A stretch of DNA of 60,940 nt, from the NCBI GenBank assembly GCA_964402785.1, contig CAYODQ010000006.1, positions 1-60,940 of the forward strand, read 5' to 3'. Both the position numbers and the translations under genes were made by a program. Origin of the DNA: an uncultured Planctomycetia bacterium. Its GTDB lineage: Bacteria; Omnitrophota; Gorgyraeia; 2-02-FULL-51-18. Below, one piece after another: positions 43,301 through 49,300 of this stretch (positions are counted from its first letter, which is position 1; each line of letters opens with the position of its first letter). Under the pieces are notes generated by a model. The model was not told the DNA's origin. It saw only the letters and a list, made by a program, of their open reading frames with translations, and did not search any database.

Positions 43301-46300
43301 AAGATCTTCTGCCGCCACCTACACATCTCCTTCATACCAAGGCACAGAAGGGCTTTCGGCAAACCAGGTGGTTACGGGCTTTCTGGTGTTGGGGGGGATA
43401 GGTGCTGCTGTAGCGTATCTATTGTCAAACAGCGAACAGCGAGAGATGATCTGGCAGTTCATTCAAAATATTAAATTTAATTTTTTTGGCGCGAGACTTG
43501 CCGTGACCAGAGAGCAAATGGCCGAAATTCATGCGATCGCGGAAGAAGAGGCGGCTCTGGATAGTGTTGCTAGATGGAACAGCACAGATGCTAGAAGAGA
43601 TCGCGAAGAGCAAAGTCGCGCTAGCGAGAGGAATGTGCGAATGGCGGAAGAGGAGAGAGCAGAGCGTCGAATCGATGATTGGAAAGCGCGTAGGCATAGG
43701 GGGGCTCGAATAGAAGTTCTCGGCGCGCGGCTTGGTTGGTGGGATCGGTTTCTAGAGAGTGTGGACTGGCTTGTGGGAAGTCTTGCGGATAGCTGGATTG
43801 TGGAAAAGAGAATTGAGAAGGCTGCGTCGTTGGGGATAGACGTTACATTTGAAACCGCTTCTTTGCGCAGAAAGTCAGGAGTGCTTATCTACGGCGGCCT
43901 TAAAACAGGTGATTTTGCTGACATTTATGTGCAGCTGGGCCGCAAGATCCGACATCACTCGCGCGCTGTTGTGCCGCAGGGCGCGCGATTGGGCGTGACC
44001 TTTTTTGGGCATCCAGCGGGCTTTCTTGAGAAGTGGAGCCTGGATCGGGTGATGGGTGTTGTGCGCAGATCTATAAGAACAAAGGCTACTTTTGAGCATG
44101 ATCCTATTACTCGGCTCTCAAATGTCTTTCAATCAGGATATACGTTTTATGATGACAATGACAAATATTGGGAAGTTGCCGTAGAACACGGTGAGGGTGA
44201 CAGGCTAAAAGCTCTTACGGTGCGAACCAAAAAATCAACGCCGAGTCTTGATGGGAGCCGTCGTCGCGATGTTCAATGGTTTGAAAAAGAATTTCTCCTT
44301 GTTTTTGGCTCAAGGGATGAGCTTTTGGCGAGACAAATTGTAAGCGAGCTTAGTGAGCAGGCTCTTGGAAGCAGTTTGCGCGAGCAAGAGACACAATATC
44401 GGGTCATTCTTAATGGGATCAGTATCTTATACGCAAATAACTTAAGCAGCCTTCTAAGCCAGCTTAGATATTATGGATATCGAGTGATGCTAAGCGGTGG
44501 CTCGGTTGTGATCAATGATGAACATGTTATAAGTGGCGACGATATCTCTTCCGAAGATATTCAGAGTATATTGGATTTGATTCAGTTTAGAAACGATGTG
44601 AAAAAAGTTAAGGGTTGGGCCGGAGCGATGTTGGGCTGGGCTGCGGATTACAGTCCTGCGGAAGCGACTTATCCGGCATTTATTTTATTTTTCAAGGTAA
44701 ATGCGCGCCAGATACTCACGAAGTGGATGCTTCGTGCTCAAGGTATCAGAGCCCCAAGCTCAATCGGTTCATCCGTTCGGATAACCAATCTCGAGGATTA
44801 TTCCCGATTCGGCCGTGATCGTCGTCGCGTCCACATGGAATCCCCGCTGATGGATGAGATCCATCAGCTCAGAGGTGCCAGGCTATCCGCGATTCCCAAC
44901 TTGTGGCAAGTCATTGAGTTGCGTGAGCCCAATCCCGCTTTGCGCAAGTCTGGGTATTTCAAAGTAGGGGATATCATAGGTGTGCATATCTCAGAGGAGA
45001 AAGGGTTTACAGAAAAAGCTCTTTTGTTTGTAACAAGTCTCGAAGCCTTGAGCGCCTTTAGGGTATATGTTAAGCGCGGGCAAGTTTTTAAAGCCATTGT
45101 TGTTCAAAATAAAGCCGAAGATGTTGCAGGAGTAGTTCGTTTTGCGTATTTAGGTCAGGACGGACTGCCGCTTGCGGTCAAAGGTAGCCCTGTTCAAGGT
45201 AGGGGCTCGGTGAAAGATCCCTCGATTGGTAAATGGAAAGAAGTAGCACCTGCCGGTGACGACTCCACCCAATCCTCTCCTGAGGAAGAAAAAACTCCTG
45301 AAAATTTTCTGCGCACGGTACGCGACAGCGGTGTGATTGGATACAAAGGCAGAGAATTCACCATCGGCTTGGGGTATGCGCGGAAGCAGGTGAAAATAAT
45401 CGAAGTTAGCGGCGGTTTTGAAATCCAGACACCGGAAGGTGTTTTGATCAAAAGATACACATTGACTGACAAGGGCTACCGAGTTTCTACAAAAGGCCCT
45501 AGTCCAATCGCATCCTCCGAGCCGACGGGCGCCCGTCTTGCAAGGCATTATCAACAAACATCCGATGGCAATTTTAGCAATCCAAACCGGTTGCCGGTCA
45601 TCATCTACGCCGAAAGTGACAATTTGATAGAGGTCAATATGCGTCATGATCTCATGGATCATGCCGAGCGCTTGGGTGTGCTGATCGTCCGCGCGCGGTC
45701 GCTGTATGCGGCGATCGAGGCAGCCAAAACAGCCGGTAAAAAATTAAAAGCCATCGTGAGCTCGGATCAATTGGCCAAATTGCCGAATGAAGAAGGATTG
45801 AAAGCGACGATCCAAAAGTTAGAGCATCCTTTGCTGGGCCCAAGAGATCCAGCCGGAGCGAACGCTGTCAAAGAGTTGGTTTACCGTGCGAAAAATACAC
45901 TTCACGTTCCTGTGGCTGTTTACGGCGAAGAGGCGTTTGCGGGCGGCGCATTTTCCACGCCGGATCAGTCCCTCATATTTGATGACACAAAATATATGGA
46001 CGAGAAGATAGCCGAATTCATCAGAACATCGCTCGGCGCAAGGCTTGCTGGAAGAATTTCAACGATCGCGCTGATATCATTGGCAGCGATTTTGCCGGGC
46101 GCATTTGTTGCAGCGAACGCAGGGTCTTGGGGATCGTGGCAGGTAAATGGTGTCCTGGCTTTGGCTACGATCCTGGTTGTGGCGGGCTCCAAACGCATGT
46201 TTCTCCCAAGCGCACCGAGCAATTATTCGTTGCCACACGCTTCGGTCGGCAGAGTTTATACAGCCGAAGAAGTTCGTATTTTAGTGTTAGAGGTTGTTGC

Positions 46301-49300
46301 AAGTGTGGCGAAGAAAGATGCTCCCTCTGTTGCGGTGGATACAAATTTAAAAAGTTTGGGATTGGGCGAAGCTGAGCTTCGAGATATCGCCGATCAAATA
46401 GATCTGAGGGTTGTTCCGGATGGCGGAGTATCATTCTCACTGAAGGCCGACCAAACTGCTTGGAGAACGCCTCAGGACATTATCCATACCCTCGAATCGT
46501 ATTTACGCGCCTCATCGCAGCTGGAGGGTGCGCGGCTGTCCTATGGGGTCGAGGGCATCCAGCATAAAACATTAAACCCTGTTTTAAAAACGGAACTCGC
46601 CGCCAGGATCGATCAGCTTATTTCTGAACATGCATCTAACTCTGACAGCAAAACCAGACAAGTTAACATTCGCGTGGATGAATTTGGAAATAGCCGCCCT
46701 ATACTTCTTGCTGCTGCATCTGTTCAAAGAGGAAAAACGCTTGGCAAAGAGACGCTGGGACGCAAGGCTGCAAGTGCGGTTAGAAATGCAGGCCCATTCA
46801 TCATCACCGAGCTCAGTGCCACGGAGTATTTGGTGACATTGTCAGGCGCTTCCAGTAAGACGCGCGGGGAAGCAGCTCAATTCTATCAGATATATATCCC
46901 GGGTGCAGCGCTATTAAGAGTGCAGAAGTCTGTGGTGGCAGGCTCCAAAGAGTATGTTCGGGGCACTGTGTCATTCACCCGTCACACCCAAGGGCCTGAT
47001 CAAGTTATCGAGGTGCCTTACGAATTGCCCGCATCAGAAACACCAGAACAAAGCGTTCGAAGAATTGCCCATTATTTGACCAGCACCTTTAACCTTTGGG
47101 ATAGGATGTACGGCGACCTATCAAAAGGGCCGGAGCTTTTAAATACCATGCCGAGGGATTATGCGATGCCGCAGGGCGCGCGGTTGTCAGAAGAGACGCA
47201 AAAAGAAAGAAGTTTGCTGTCGCAATGGCTGACCAGCGTTGCCATGGATCATTTAACTGTGTTGGATAGGGTGGCATTCGCAGTGTGGCAAACATCAAGA
47301 ATTTTGGGGCTGGGGTTTTTCGTGATAGTCGGCGGCCTGTTTATTTCAGGCCCGGGGATTGTTCTTCTTATACCGATAGCTTTCATGCTTGAGAAAGTTT
47401 ATACATCGATCGATTTCATGAGCATGTTTGCATACAAATGGCATGTGCTTCGTTTTCTTGGCTATAGCAGCCTGGCGATCACAGTATTTTCCTCGATCAA
47501 GTTTTTGCTCCAACGTTCCAACGAAGCTGATAGCTCAGGTGAAAAGATACCCATCAATAAAACGGGTGCGCGGTTGGCCGGGGAAGTGAGTTACCCCAAC
47601 TTTGTTCGAGAGCTGGAGTTATTTGTGGCGCAATCCGCCAAAGATGACCGAATTCTTTTGTATCTCATGAGCATTTTGGATAAATACGAGACTATCCCTC
47701 TGTTGAGCAGATCCAGAGATGAATTGGCGGAAGCGCTTCTAGATATTTCGCAGAGACTGGCTGAGGTAGATGCGCCAAGGGCGATGCGTTGGGATGCCGC
47801 AGATCTGGTTCGGCAAATTAGATTGTTGCAGGGGTATAAACAAGGGGATGAGTTTAGGGCACAGCTTTCGGATGCGGTCGGTATCGTTTCGCGTCTTCTC
47901 CCGCAACAAAATATTCGTTTGAGAGCCAATGGGCATCGCTGGGCGATCATTTACCCTGGAATGGAGAGGGCGGAGGCGCTTGAAGAAAAGGTGGACTCTG
48001 CTGCCAAGGAGCTTCTAAAGCGTTTATATGGATTGACCGAAGCAGATTACGATAAGGTCGCTCTCAAGGCAGATGCTTATTATAGTGAACTGCGAATATT
48101 TACCTCAAATCCATGGTTGTTTCGAGCTTTGGTCACAAAAGAGCGGGTTCCTGAGGCGCTGAAAAAAGCCGCAGCTTATTTGGCGAGCCGTGGTATTAAA
48201 AAGATCACCGTGAGTGTCAAAGATGGATCGATCACACGCGCTCAAGAGTTTGACCTTAGAGACTTTTGGAAGATCGAATATTATGCGGATGGGCTATGGG
48301 GTGGGATCCAAAGTGATCGAGATGCAATTTATGCCGTGTCTGCAAATGCGGATGGGTCTATTGCGTTTCAGAAGATCCATCATATAGGCGTCCCAAGAAA
48401 AATAAGTTCGGCAACGCTAACGAGGGCACAAGAAAATATTTCAGCCCAGCGCGCATCCAGCTCCCAAGCACCGCAAGTCGTCAGGGCGGAGCTCAACGGG
48501 AGCAATGTCTATGAACTCAGAGCCGGCGCAGAGGGAAAAGTAATAGGCCGTGTCAATCAGGCGGATAAATTGGCAACTCGATTGAATGGTTGGGTTCGAG
48601 AAGGGGTGTTGCCGAGTCTTCAATTTGAGGCAAGTTTTGCCCGTGGCAGCTGGTTCTTGGCTATAAAAGATGATCGGGGAGAAAGGACGTCCGTTCTGGC
48701 GGATGATTACCCGGCTGTCGCCCAAATGATCAATCAAATGATTGCAGGTTCGTCTGCGGCTAAACGTATAGCTGAGGAGCCAGTGCAAACAGTTTCTATT
48801 CCCACACAAGTTGCGGCACCTGTAACGGCGAGTGTAGATTTACCGCTCTTTGTGCTGGGAGCGGATTATGTAGAGTTAGCCAAGACGCTTGTCCAAGAAG
48901 CGGTCAAATCACCCGATGTGAAGATCTCTTTCGTGACGCCATATGGCCAAGCTGTGAATGATATCGCATCTTTAGGTGTGTTGAGATATCAGCTTAGCTC
49001 GCAAATGGAAGCCGGGGCACACACAAACGATCTTTATTCTCGCGGCTTACCTCGCGATCCTTATCGCTTTGAAGCGACCAGCACAACACGCACTAAGCCA
49101 GAGCTAGATCAGATTTTAAGCTCTCTCGTTAGGATTTTACGTGAAGGCGGGGCGATTGAAGGGTCTAGACTATCTTCGGATCAAGATTTGGCCGATCTTT
49201 CTAGGCGAGCTTTGAAGGAGAGGCTTTTGGCGGCGTTGGGGGAAAATCCCAGGATCCCAGTCGATGTGGATGCTTATAATTCTTACCCACAAGTGACATC

